From positions 250,038 to 314,037 of the forward strand of contig MHKS01000005.1 in the NCBI GenBank assembly GCA_001818495.1: a stretch of DNA of 64,000 bases, given 5' to 3'. How positions within the stretch are numbered: the first letter of the stretch is position 1; each line of letters opens with the position of its first letter. Shown in pieces: positions 9,001 to 16,160 of the stretch. This DNA comes from Candidatus Komeilibacteria bacterium RIFOXYD1_FULL_37_29 (lineage in GTDB: Bacteria > Patescibacteriota > Patescibacteriia > UBA1558 > GWA2-36-10). A program made the position numbers and the translations under genes. The notes under the pieces were generated by a model. It did not search any database. It saw only the letters and a list, made by a program, of their open reading frames with translations, and was not told where the DNA came from.

Positions 9001-10813
9001 TTGTCCGCAACTGGTCAATCCGGTTACGGGAGCCACTGTTGATCCAAAAATTAGATATCGTAGCTTATACGATGACGCTACCAACGATATTGATGACCCA
9101 GTTGATATCTATGCCGGTGATACAGTTAATGAATTTTGTCCAGCATATGATGCTACAGAGAATTGGGGTTATGATGTCAAGAGAATAGCCGAGGATTATA
9201 ATTGGCTAGAGGGTTATCATAGAATTATTGTACCGGTCAGCAATGAACACGCTGTTTGTGGAGGACAAGGGGGTGCCAGCGCCAACGAAAATTTTGTTGA
9301 GGTTGATGGAATTTATGATATTTTAGCTGAAGCAGTTAGAGCGGCTAAAATTGATCCATCTAATCCAGTCTTTATAAACCCAGTTTTATGGGGAGCTTCG
9401 GGTATTACGACCATTGGTAGCGCCATTGCTGATGCTACTGGTGGACAATTTACTAGCAATACAGCTGGCTGGGAAGTCCAAACCCTTCAAGTAATCAACT
9501 CTACTATTTGTGATGGCGTCGGCGGTGGTGCTGACGGCAATGATCCAGACGGTCATATGGATTGTGTTTTAGACGACACCTGGGTTCCAGCTGAACCGCC
9601 ACCAGCTCCACCTTGTCGTGTCGAAGGACAATCTTGTAGTTTTATTCCTTGTTGTGCTGGACCGGGACTATTTTGTAATGCTTCTCAAGTTTGTGAAGCG
9701 CCAGCTATACCGCCACCAATGATTACTAGTCCACTGACTGCTAGTGGAGCACCTAGTCAGCCATTTACTTATACTATCACCGCCACCAACAATCCCACTT
9801 CATATGGCGCGGCCAATTTACCAGCTGGTTTATCAATCAATACCACTACTGGCGTGATATCGGGCAGTACGGCTGTTTTGGGAACACGCCTAGTCACTAT
9901 CACGGCTACCAATGCTACTGCAACAGACAGCGAAACCCTCAATCTGACTATTGCCGCAGTCCCTGTTATTACTAGCCCCCTAGCTGCCACCGGAACAGCT
10001 AATCAGCCGTTTACTTATACTATTACCGCTACCAATAATCCTACTAGCTTTAACGCTGAGCCATTCTTACCTCAAGGATTATCTATAAATTTAGCCACCG
10101 GAGTAATTTCTGGTGCTACAGCGACTGTGGGGGTACACAATATTACTATTAGTGCCAGCAATAATATCGGTAGTGATTCAGAAACTTTGGTTATTACTAT
10201 TTTGGCGCCTATACCAGTTATTACTTCTCCTTTGACGGCTACTGTGCCAGTTGGCCAGGCTTTTACCTATACTATTACCGCTAGTGGTAACCCTACCAGT
10301 TTTAATGCCGTTGGTTTACCAGCCGGGCTATCTGTAAATACTACTAGTGGTGTAATATCAGGTACGCCAACCATCGCCGGAACCTACAATGTTACTATTA
10401 GCGCTACCAACGGCAGTGGCACCGGTTCAGCTACTTTGGTTTTGACTGTGACGTTAAGCGCGCCAGTCATTACTAGCGCCAATACAGCCACAGCCACACT
10501 AACCAGGTTTTTCGGTTATTTGATTACTGCTACCAACAGTCCAAGCACCTTTAATGCCGTTGGTTTACCAGCCGGACTATCTATTGATACTAATACTGGT
10601 GTAATATCAGGTATTCCGACAGCTACTGGTGTTTACAGTGTCACTATTAGTGCCACTAATGCCGCTGGTACTGGTACTAGCGTATTAACTATTACGGTTA
10701 ATAATTGTAGTGGTGCTAATCAAGCTTGTAGCGCTACTCAACTTTGTTGTTCAGGAACATCTTGTAGTGGTGGTACTTGTTCAATTGTTTCTGATCGAGA
10801 AAGCTCGTTCTAA
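2..10813 (+). CDS. giant surface/adhesin-like protein, 5' end outside window (>3,578 aa): pilin-like double-TM anchor, IPT/TIG-like and Ig-like domains, Cys-rich CGDG..ECD repeat field, vWA domain, four tandem He_PIG-like Ig repeats
   Basis: One uninterrupted frame. It stays open from nt 2 up to the TTG at 77 (ATIFADKVFAQEEFGINDLADAGIAL...), so the true start is probably upstream of the window. Motifs read in the translation: TM-SAGNAEKVAKAK-TM hairpin, G/P linker, repeated SP(E/D)(D/N)GxxGxxVTIxGxNFG, repeated (Y/L/W/F)CGDG...(E/Q)CD, DIVYIFDTSGSMSG (DxSxS MIDAS, nt 8738-8752), and 4x ~82-aa PFTYTITATNNPTSF..LPAGLSINTTTGVISG units. Confidence 0.9.
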   Translation, partial: ATIFADKVFAQEEFGINDLADAGIALGTRSIQETIAGIVNVFLGFLGILATLLILYAGYLWMTSAGNAEKVAKAKLLIASAVIGLVIILSAYAISRFILSRLYEEAGPTGPGGDPGPGPGGLPTCDEPFNLEDPLVCSLSRGSGPVGSGLTIRGWHFDTDSDGNPGVGRVEIGGVVAEVVECAGSAMWDDRRVKVKIPDVLDPGNYEVILYNDFVPGLASVENPHFDFTVLPGVASVNIDCLVPDEEAVSNLPINVQILGNGFTDTQDNVSMTAWVAGAETPIDLAINSWSDLEINVAVPVDALSSDIVVSVGASFDQEFFNVTCANDPECSSGCCSDNSCVDLAICQGADIPGANAPVIQSISPEDGEEGSLVTIFGYNFGNDPGAVTFEGAPGDLPSVLSGGVCIDVWTNEYIVMGVPAGANGVLNVVITQAAGAGGESSDPYPGFDRNDIVRPGLCSLSTDEGQYGDVLAISGINFAATDEVYFDTVVSYDTNIISANNATAEVPNVVGNLGVSLQTVADVASNFLPFSALAIGGGGPIISELSPDNGPVDSYVTIMGSNFGDNVGLVLFDLDNDPGNGNEVPGSFDFPVVCGDYWFDNYIIVKVPAGPWVIGNDYPIRVQRNPDGALSNDFDFTITDVEPGPQICSVSPDNGPIGNLVTISGENFGPNLGNVLFYNSVPAGAIANWSSNQVFGVEIPVGAVTGPLIVRDSAGNDSNGVAFSVGACSNDLQCGADVCCPGENGNYCAASCDIVLNACEYTWEVSTQADPFELHYNYSCVSGLQSPTPWPDEHEGVGADGFLAPQSSLDAFIDTNISALFTRNVEDVDFNTNNVEVWECDDGAVFNPATCTVEIFDNDGILEIINHNSDREGFTFNPANNLLANHWYQVRLGTFNAEVGADSWTPDPVNDAWHFKTRDSDVMCEVSTVAVTPQSPQANMYPSREKTFTASPLADNCNICGGDYDWQWSLGPDPAPIADYATIVGPFINMSVNQGYTRIEGGPMSTQLVTDPNHITLIAENSNYGISGESYPIILAPILRVEDNVPSCSDSCTNVAVWADFNTVLSGPLNINDFAIYQCLDADCSGWDIGTNYTNNLDSYEVPGDGVYRVDILHDPLPANENYIVIIDETVTNVHGYPLGLDYTWDFGVSDTNCSITGADILPDNYTANSLSNINYRGYALANAGSCGTQAIQCENCLWNWSSSNPAIATILPGGAGERTVPATPIANGNTNINLEIDGTLLGLGSANNSTPLTVDVAGADVDFTELSVDNYFPNCGACTNSIAEVWFNSNLQLATVNNNSVRIFDITDGVYDNSGVTVIANRHVILDHGLFDLGHDYRIEVTDTVLNSSNDNILGGWQSPVITIENDGCLADAAWVDPVVATAGASDAIAYRAVTTYDSPTCGPAPVDCDSCTFDWLNNALGSFNQTDVQYPIFMTLANVNDGDSAVMTLNVWEGANVLPVTDGTLNIDLSIDGGNSLNIIDSWPDCDGACDNSQVGVRFNTAIDETTLGGQYSITDVTIGAVVTSGYTLTGGDRTLIIEHLPLVLGHDYAVLVSQGIANVDGNSLPGPFSFDFTVGEAECQITSVNVEPASTTAVASQGITYNVETLANTVACGNLPVYCDSCTYSWSDLPDLGAFNNATLQNPIFTTSPAVVNGDIITIEADVVDQGTLFEDSGQINIVIGPAINPTVNLIGFFPPDEILMCINAVPYFEFDISNGDLDRQSLIDQAIFLEIDGTPVSFSVRFLELNPGILSAIYEPANVLDRGTIYFFGFINLGQVRAEGGGPVGVNLPEPLNNHLGNLGRFLMTLDEECPIQHVEIYPAADSFTCIDNNGCDDDEGAMIGNQHLYQSVVYDIQNNILGQALSTYAWSSSDNNIVDPESLNDPEILGTAGENGIAHLNLEVFLNTDPADVFNTNNTVEVNTCQNPWPNLATYPWNDNTLPDMNFSTYYCEEYGIPGETILPHMDIPNIINSPDPNVIREYITTIEYPMALNGASSYLGSLAYNEKSNDDSWAKKLVALFKPVRANSQGNPTVDIIAFRVMNNSEHLSIIDWYTKNAPNPEGGQTITINGYEAMQVGASIYIAATNIEGGTIYTNVYIIAHNIGANATTLEIYNQLVENFKLNVNIGTTLAGTCNGQTSLSCSSDFDCPNYCDNFADNNQADCLASGSNWLPDSCDASLLKLRRDTKRLSDLVNINEAVLAYGEMHKACANNSLISCQNSSNCPSGAACVPYYPPLNSGTYLNGSSNTRWPSWQETLSGTLGYSLPEDPINLFNGCNDPYNPETCWDEQALEFICPANSLVYMYNIGGIGQSYYLGAKFEFDMQNPAPPVTFVNNLNNPVTMDLDINTPYCDAIVLNPPGASASPYCGNGVIDNDYCTEPVYNNQAACLAAGADWIVSEECDNEFWRFACSESPPTANPAIPTVGNHEWWREQTIGCNPPGTINSTGELIECTWYRPSPPIIASQCGGYCGDGTRQPYYERCDGGLPAEPYHCAEAGVNPYCADCQVLCNNGTNIYPAALCGDGIWSQPTEQCDPTANPNGNAGWDCTDGGNIGCSNSCQRTCTVGTPYPGLCGDGSFNPLNEECDYSNYSAPLPINSSAIASYSCTLFCEMNGEFCGDGVAQYEYQELCDWNGGSYTSPTPLFSDEFHQYGCRENGFYTALNGADYGACTATLDGWCGDGNIQDGVTFPDYGEECDPGAPWDEIDQNPPPPLPENSSINNQYSCDIDCVGRIGGYCGDNAANEPFEICDGSDYPTRPIPFFSGPNNTYACDADCSGGAVGGGWCGDGTKNSNYYEACDWGIEGAQDADNYPWPRGASLSNFSSEMNQYVCSSCVNFGGYCGNGVVDGACTVNCTDCDQNNNNCQSSVGCTAFQCTSKSGTFFPYEQCDSGYDPAYLVNKNVDIVYIFDTSGSMSGAAAQLCQSTATVVNTLNTEHPDINYRITIFPMGDGDGTDGVGYELTATETDNIQYFFELENGEGTTEPWYDEVFDALYSNCPQLVNPVTGATVDPKIRYRSLYDDATNDIDDPVDIYAGDTVNEFCPAYDATENWGYDVKRIAEDYNWLEGYHRIIVPVSNEHAVCGGQGGASANENFVEVDGIYDILAEAVRAAKIDPSNPVFINPVLWGASGITTIGSAIADATGGQFTSNTAGWEVQTLQVINSTICDGVGGGADGNDPDGHMDCVLDDTWVPAEPPPAPPCRVEGQSCSFIPCCAGPGLFCNASQVCEAPAIPPPMITSPLTASGAPSQPFTYTITATNNPTSYGAANLPAGLSINTTTGVISGSTAVLGTRLVTITATNATATDSETLNLTIAAVPVITSPLAATGTANQPFTYTITATNNPTSFNAEPFLPQGLSINLATGVISGATATVGVHNITISASNNIGSDSETLVITILAPIPVITSPLTATVPVGQAFTYTITASGNPTSFNAVGLPAGLSVNTTSGVISGTPTIAGTYNVTISATNGSGTGSATLVLTVTLSAPVITSANTATATLTRFFGYLITATNSPSTFNAVGLPAGLSIDTNTGVISGIPTATGVYSVTISATNAAGTGTSVLTITVNNCSGANQACSATQLCCSGTSCSGGTCSIVSDRESSF

Positions 10814-10834
10814 TATTAAGCTTTAATAATATTT

Positions 10835-11731
10835 ATGTTTGATGACTTAAAACAAGACAGTCCAATAAAATCAACTGCTCCCAATGGAGCGTCCAATACG
10901 AACAACTCGACAGTTCGTCAACCCCAAAGAGCGACTGGTATTGATGATATGTTTGATGATGTGGATCCGGTAGCTAGTGCAAGTAGCGGTGGACCAGTTG
11001 ATCCCAACAAACCTAGTGCTGTAAAGTCGGGTAAGATTAAGGTAGTTTCTCAAACCAACTTACCTACCAGCGCCCAGGCGGCTTCTCAGGTGGCTAGCTA
11101 TCCAGTTATACCACAGCCAGTTCGACCATCTAGCATGCCCACTATGTCACTAGATGATTCTATGGTTGTGACCGACGGAAGATCCAATGGCGTTATGAGA
11201 AAAATAATTATTACTTTTTTAGTCATTGTTCTTTTGGCCTTGGTCGGCGGGGGAGTTTATTATTTCTTTTTAAGAACTAATGGTTTGGACAATAACGCTC
11301 AGCCAAACGATAATGCCAATAATAATGTGGCTAATGAAAATAATAATCAAGTGGATGTATTTAATGAATCCGACCAAGAGCCGACAATCAATGAAGATGA
11401 ATTGGATGATGATTTTGATGGACTGAGCAATGGTTTAGAAAAGACCTATGGCACCAATCCTTTGGAAGTAGATAGTGATAATGACGGAGTTTTTGATCAA
11501 GATGAGGTCGAAACCCACAAGACTGATCCCTTAGCTGATGATAGTGATAGCGACGGACTTAGTGATTATCAGGAAATTATTATTTATAAGTCCGATCCCA
11601 ATGATCCCGATACAGATGGAGACACATTTTTAGACGGTGTGGAGGTGCTAAATGGTTATAATCCACTAGGTGCTGGTAAATTGGAAGAGGCTACTTCTAC
11701 TAGTAATTTAAATACTAACAATACTTTATAA
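10835..11731 (+). CDS. single-pass membrane protein with N-rich linker and thrombospondin type-3-like (DxDxDGxxDxxE) Ca-binding repeats
   Basis: 298-aa ORF starting 22 nt after the giant gene. TM segment IIITFLVIVLLALVGGGVYYFFL. Repeats DSDNDGVFDQDE / DDSDSDGLSDYQE / DPDTDGDTFLDGVE. Confidence 0.75.
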   Translation: MFDDLKQDSPIKSTAPNGASNTNNSTVRQPQRATGIDDMFDDVDPVASASSGGPVDPNKPSAVKSGKIKVVSQTNLPTSAQAASQVASYPVIPQPVRPSSMPTMSLDDSMVVTDGRSNGVMRKIIITFLVIVLLALVGGGVYYFFLRTNGLDNNAQPNDNANNNVANENNNQVDVFNESDQEPTINEDELDDDFDGLSNGLEKTYGTNPLEVDSDNDGVFDQDEVETHKTDPLADDSDSDGLSDYQEIIIYKSDPNDPDTDGDTFLDGVEVLNGYNPLGAGKLEEATSTSNLNTNNTL

Positions 11732-11735
11732 AATT

Positions 11736-12854
11736 ATGTTTAATGATCAGAATGTAAATAATCATTCGAGTGGCTTTGGTCGGGGCGATAATAACGGTTT
11801 TGGTAAAAAAAATAGCGCAGCTTTGGGCAATATTTTAGGTGTACAGAAAGAGGTGGTTAATGTCCATGCTATGCCATCCAAGTTTGTCACCACCACTCAG
11901 CGAACCGGCCATTTAACTACTGCTAGTGGAGCCAAAGGATCGGGGCGCAAATTATTATTAATTACTATTTCCTTGATTTTAGTAATCATTGTAGTAATTG
12001 GGGGAATTATGTATTTTGTTAATGGTGGAAAAGAAAAACTCAATTTTAGCCAACTATTTGGTCAAAATTTAGATTCTAATAATGTAGCCAATGAAAGTGT
12101 CAATCAGAATATAAATGACAACACAAACGACAACACCAATGAAGTAGTCAATGACAATACCAATCAGAATATAAACGACAACACCAACGACAACACCAAT
12201 GAAGTAGTCAATGACAATACCAATCAGAATATAAATGACAACACAAACGACAACACCAACGAAACTCCAAATTATCAGCCCGCTGTTGATACAGATGGAG
12301 ACGGTTTAACTACTGAAGAAGAATTGGTCTTTGGCACCAATCCGGATTTGGAGGACACCGATAAAGATGGTTATAAAGATGGACAAGAAATAACTAGTCT
12401 TTATAATCCTTTAGTACCAGCCCAAGATTTATTTTCTTCGGGCCTAGTTAAAAAATTTATTTCCTCCAATTATGGTTATACATTTTTTAGACCCAACACT
12501 TGGACAGCCAAGGTGGTCGGTACAGTTAGTAATATTATTATTTTGCCGGATTCTGAATCTGGTGAATCATTTAATATTGAAATAACGACTAATCCAGAAA
12601 ATAAAACACTTAGCCAGTTATTAGATGAAACGGGTAGTGTTTTTGTTGACGCTGAAAATTATAGTCTAGCTGGAGCACCGGCCTATCGTTCATTAGATGG
12701 CCGTAAAGTATCGGCTATCAGTAACGGTTTTTTATTCGTTATTTCTCACAATGTTAGTGGTTTAGGTGAAGTTAGTTTTGATAATATTTTTGAGATGATG
12801 TTAAAAAGTTTTACCTGGACGGAAATAGAGAGCCCCGATGTCAATGAATTATAA
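11736..12854 (+). CDS. paralogous single-pass membrane protein with NDNTN tandem repeats, TSP3-like repeats and a C-terminal globular domain
   Basis: 372-aa ORF with the same architecture as the preceding gene: disordered N-terminus, TM LLLITISLILVIIVVIGGIMYFV, N/D/T-rich repeats, DTDGDGLTTEEE / DTDKDGYKDGQE. Confidence 0.75.
   Translation: MFNDQNVNNHSSGFGRGDNNGFGKKNSAALGNILGVQKEVVNVHAMPSKFVTTTQRTGHLTTASGAKGSGRKLLLITISLILVIIVVIGGIMYFVNGGKEKLNFSQLFGQNLDSNNVANESVNQNINDNTNDNTNEVVNDNTNQNINDNTNDNTNEVVNDNTNQNINDNTNDNTNETPNYQPAVDTDGDGLTTEEELVFGTNPDLEDTDKDGYKDGQEITSLYNPLVPAQDLFSSGLVKKFISSNYGYTFFRPNTWTAKVVGTVSNIIILPDSESGESFNIEITTNPENKTLSQLLDETGSVFVDAENYSLAGAPAYRSLDGRKVSAISNGFLFVISHNVSGLGEVSFDNIFEMMLKSFTWTEIESPDVNEL
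12101..12259. repeat. 60-bp tandem repeat, about 2.7 copies, in-frame (NQNINDNTNDNTNEVVNDNT)
   Basis: Units start at 12101, 12161 and 12221 (caatcagaatataaa[t/c]gacaaca[c/]...). Units differ at only a few positions. Confidence 0.9.
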
Positions 12855-13260
12855 GTTATTAAATTTGAATAAAGCCGGTCAGGTGGCTGATTTTTCTTGG
12901 TTGGGTAATCTGGAAAAGATAGTGAGAAATAAGTTTAAATTAAAAAAACAAATATCCATTGCTCTAATTGGAGAAAGGGAAATTAAAAATTTAAATCGTT
13001 TTTATCGGAAGAAAAATAAAATTACGGATGTCCTATCTTTTGGGGTAGCCAATGATTATATTTTAGGGGAAGTATTAATCTGTACCGATCAGGCGCGTCG
13101 GCAGGCTAAAACAAAAAAACAGACTTATCGAGCTGAATTACAGCTTCTGACAATTCATGGAATTTTACATCTTTTGGGTTATGATCATGAAAAGAGTATC
13201 AAAGAGCAAGTTCGTCAGGAGACCACGGAGAACAAAATATTAGTTGATTTAAATACATAA
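12838..13260 (+). CDS. ybeY: rRNA maturation endoribonuclease YbeY
   Basis: 140 aa with the metal-binding motif HGILHLLGYDHE near the C-terminus. Overlaps the upstream gene by 17 nt. Confidence 0.85.
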   Translation: MSMNYKLLNLNKAGQVADFSWLGNLEKIVRNKFKLKKQISIALIGEREIKNLNRFYRKKNKITDVLSFGVANDYILGEVLICTDQARRQAKTKKQTYRAELQLLTIHGILHLLGYDHEKSIKEQVRQETTENKILVDLNT

Positions 13261-13262
13261 TA

Positions 13263-13604
13263 ATGAATTGGAATTTTTATAGAAATTTTAGATTTGCTTT
13301 TCGGGGCCTTAAAAATGTTTTTTATACAGAAAAAACTTTTCGTTTGCATACCTTGATTGCTCTTTTAGTCATTGCCTATTCTTGGTATCAGGGACTGGAA
13401 AAGATTTATTGGGTAGTAGTTTTGATGATTATTGCACTGGTTATGTCTTTGGAAATTTTTAATTCAGCCATTGAGAGACTAGTAGACATGTTGGCTCCGC
13501 GTACCCACAATTTTGCCAAAGAAATCAAAGATCTTTTGGCCGCTATGGTGCTTTTGGTCTCACTTTTTGCCGCGGCCATCGGTTTTATTGTATTTCTATG
13601 GTAG
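13263..13604 (+). CDS. dgkA: diacylglycerol/undecaprenol kinase family protein
   Basis: 113 aa, three hydrophobic segments, and the DAGK_prokar-type motif SLEIFNSAIERLVD. Confidence 0.75.
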   Translation: MNWNFYRNFRFAFRGLKNVFYTEKTFRLHTLIALLVIAYSWYQGLEKIYWVVVLMIIALVMSLEIFNSAIERLVDMLAPRTHNFAKEIKDLLAAMVLLVSLFAAAIGFIVFLW

Positions 13605-13699
13605 TTTATAAATAATTTGTATATTGAGAGTAAAAAAGGGTCTAATCAATTTGGCAAATATAGATAATTTAGTTATAATTAATAATCATAAGACATAAA

Positions 13700-14950
13700 A
13701 TGGTCAGTAACAGGGACATCATTACCGGTTTGGATATCGGCACTAACGCGATTAGGATAGTCATGGGGCAAAGAATGCCCGAGGGCCGTCTTAAGATTAT
13801 TGGTGCGGCTGACACTCCCTCGGAAGGGATTATTAGGGGTAGTATAAATTCTATCGAAGAGGCTGTTTCAGTCATATCCGAGACTATAGAAAAATGTGAA
13901 CGCATGACCGGCATGCGGATTGATAAGATTGTGGTGGGTATTTCTGGTTCACACATTAAAACTATTAGTAGTAAAGGTGTGGTAGCGGTGGCCAAGGCCA
14001 ATGAACAGGTAGAAGACTCAGATGTCGAGAGAGCTTTGGAGGTGGCAGAAAATACCACCACTTTGCCAAATTATGAGATACTACATGTTTTGCCAATTAG
14101 TTACAATTTGGATGATCAAAAGAACATTCGCGAGCCCCAAGGGATGAGTGGCGTGCGTTTGGAAGTAGAAACTCAAGTAGTGCTGGCTTTGTCTTCGCAG
14201 GTCAAAAATATGACCAAAGTTATTTATCGAACGGGAGTAGATATTGAGTTTATAGTTTTTTCTATTTTAGCTACAGCCGAAGCAGTTTTGACTGTCAAGC
14301 AAAAAGAATTGGGTGTGGCTGTAGTCAATATTGGTTCAGCCACCACTTCTTTGGCTGTTTTTGAAGAAGGCAATATTTTACACACCGCAGTTTTACCCGT
14401 TGGTGCTGGACATATCACCAACGATTTAGCGATTGGTCTGAAAACATCAGTGGAAGTAGCCGAGTCTGTCAAGATAGACCACGGTCAAGCCATTGATGAT
14501 GGAATTTCCAAAAGAGATGAAGTGGATTTACACAAATATTCCGAGGAAGAAAAGAAGGGTTCTTATGTTTATAAAAAAGACATTGTTGATATTGCTCAGG
14601 CCAGACTCGAAGAAATATTTTCTTTGGTTAAAGACGAGCTTAAAGCCATTGATCGCGATGGTAAATTGCCGGGCGGTATAATACTGACTGGTGGCGGAGC
14701 CAAGATGCCAATGATCGTTGATCTAGCTAAAGATGTTTTAGAACTGCCAGTTTTTTTGGGCATGCCAGTTGACAGCCATTTTCCCATTGATAAATTAAAC
14801 GATACAGAATATACTACAGCTCTCGGCTTGGTGCTGTGGGCCAATAAAAATATGGAAGGTGGCCGAGGTATCTTGGGTAATATATCCGCAATTTCCCAAA
14901 GTACCGATAGAATGAAACGTTGGTTCAAATCACTTTGGCCATCATCTTAA
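13700..14950 (+). CDS. ftsA: cell division protein FtsA
   Basis: 416 aa. Actin-like ATPase motifs (GLDIGTNAIRIV, VVNIGSATTSLAVF, ILTGGGAKMP). Lies directly upstream of ftsZ. Confidence 0.9.
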   Translation: MVSNRDIITGLDIGTNAIRIVMGQRMPEGRLKIIGAADTPSEGIIRGSINSIEEAVSVISETIEKCERMTGMRIDKIVVGISGSHIKTISSKGVVAVAKANEQVEDSDVERALEVAENTTTLPNYEILHVLPISYNLDDQKNIREPQGMSGVRLEVETQVVLALSSQVKNMTKVIYRTGVDIEFIVFSILATAEAVLTVKQKELGVAVVNIGSATTSLAVFEEGNILHTAVLPVGAGHITNDLAIGLKTSVEVAESVKIDHGQAIDDGISKRDEVDLHKYSEEEKKGSYVYKKDIVDIAQARLEEIFSLVKDELKAIDRDGKLPGGIILTGGGAKMPMIVDLAKDVLELPVFLGMPVDSHFPIDKLNDTEYTTALGLVLWANKNMEGGRGILGNISAISQSTDRMKRWFKSLWPSS

Positions 14951-14977
14951 AAATTATATTTATTTAAATTTAAAATA

Positions 14978-16159
14978 ATGGTAAAAAAGAATATCAAAGA
15001 AGTTATGCCGCCGATAGAGACTTTTGCTAATATCAAAGTAATTGGTGTTGGTGGTTCTGGTGGATCAGCTGTCAATCGTATGGTTGCTTCCAAAATTAGA
15101 GGAGTTGATTTTATTGCTGTAAATACCGATGCCCAGGCTTTACATAGTTCTATTGCTCCTCGCAAAATTCATATTGGTAAAACTACCACCAAAGGATTGG
15201 GGGCTGGCATGGATCCAGATTTGGGCCTAAAGAGTGCCGAAGAAAATGAGCAGGATATCATGGAACATATTGCTGGAGCCGATATGGTGTTTATTACTTG
15301 CGGTTTGGGAGGGGGAACTGGTACTGGGGCGGCACCACTAATTGCTGATTTGGCTAGAGAAGCTGGAGCACTGACTGTCGCGGTAGTGACCAAACCATTT
15401 ACTTTTGAAGGGGTCCAAAGAAAAGCCATTGCTGAAAGAGGACTAGAAAGACTGATTGATAAAGTCGATACTATTATTACCATTCCCAATGATCGCTTAC
15501 TGCAAATTATTGATAAAAAAACTTCATTGCTTGAAGCTTTCTCTATTGTTGATGAGGTTTTAAAACAGGGTGTCCAGGGAATTTCGGAGGTCATTACTGT
15601 TCCGGGACTGGTCAATGTAGACTTTGCCGATGTCAAAGCGATTATGAGTTCAGCCGGTAGCGCTTTGATGGGCATTGGTACAGCTAGTGGTGAAAACAGA
15701 GCTCGGGATGCTGCTAAAGCTGCTATTGATAGTCCGCTTTTGGAGCTATCAATAAATGGCGCCACTGGTGTGCTATTTACTATTTCTGGTGCTAGCGATT
15801 TGACTATGTATGAGGTCAATGAAGCAGCCGAGGTGATTACTGGTAGCTGTGATCCAGAAGCAAAAATAATTTTTGGTACAGTGATTGATGAGGCCTTGGG
15901 TGATAAAGTAAAGGTAACGGTTATTGCCACCGGCTTTAAGGGCAATGATAATATGACTGTAAAGTCCAATGTTTCTTCTAGCCACAGTATGAGTCATCCG
16001 GAAAATTTTGCCAAAAAATCTGAAGAAAGAAAAATGAAGCAGGCTTTTGAAAAAGAAAGAGATGATAGAGTAGAAGAAGTAGTGGATGTGCCAAAAACTC
16101 AAAAAGAAGAAGAACTTGATATACCGGCATTTTTACGAAAAAAACTAAGGAACAGATAA
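14978..16159 (+). CDS. ftsZ: cell division GTPase FtsZ
   Basis: Tubulin signature GGGTGTGAAP, an N-terminal IKVIGVGGSGGSAVNRM motif, and the C-terminal DIPAFLRKK peptide. Confidence 0.97.
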   Translation: MVKKNIKEVMPPIETFANIKVIGVGGSGGSAVNRMVASKIRGVDFIAVNTDAQALHSSIAPRKIHIGKTTTKGLGAGMDPDLGLKSAEENEQDIMEHIAGADMVFITCGLGGGTGTGAAPLIADLAREAGALTVAVVTKPFTFEGVQRKAIAERGLERLIDKVDTIITIPNDRLLQIIDKKTSLLEAFSIVDEVLKQGVQGISEVITVPGLVNVDFADVKAIMSSAGSALMGIGTASGENRARDAAKAAIDSPLLELSINGATGVLFTISGASDLTMYEVNEAAEVITGSCDPEAKIIFGTVIDEALGDKVKVTVIATGFKGNDNMTVKSNVSSSHSMSHPENFAKKSEERKMKQAFEKERDDRVEEVVDVPKTQKEEELDIPAFLRKKLRNR

Positions 16160-16160
16160 A

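Noticed and set aside
274-9990. About 14 short ORFs (60-126 aa) on both strands inside the giant gene (e.g. 274-582 -, 4882-5262 -, 8267-8590 -, 9769-9990 -)
   Set aside because: All are embedded in the long, motif-rich + frame. They have no start context or recognisable motifs and are the expected shadow ORFs of a 10.7-kb coding region.
15169-15969. 266-aa antisense ORF within ftsZ, plus similar antisense ORFs in ftsA, fusA, tuf and the r-protein genes
   Set aside because: They lie opposite highly conserved, confidently identified genes. The low-complexity A/S/P-rich translations are typical of antisense frames.
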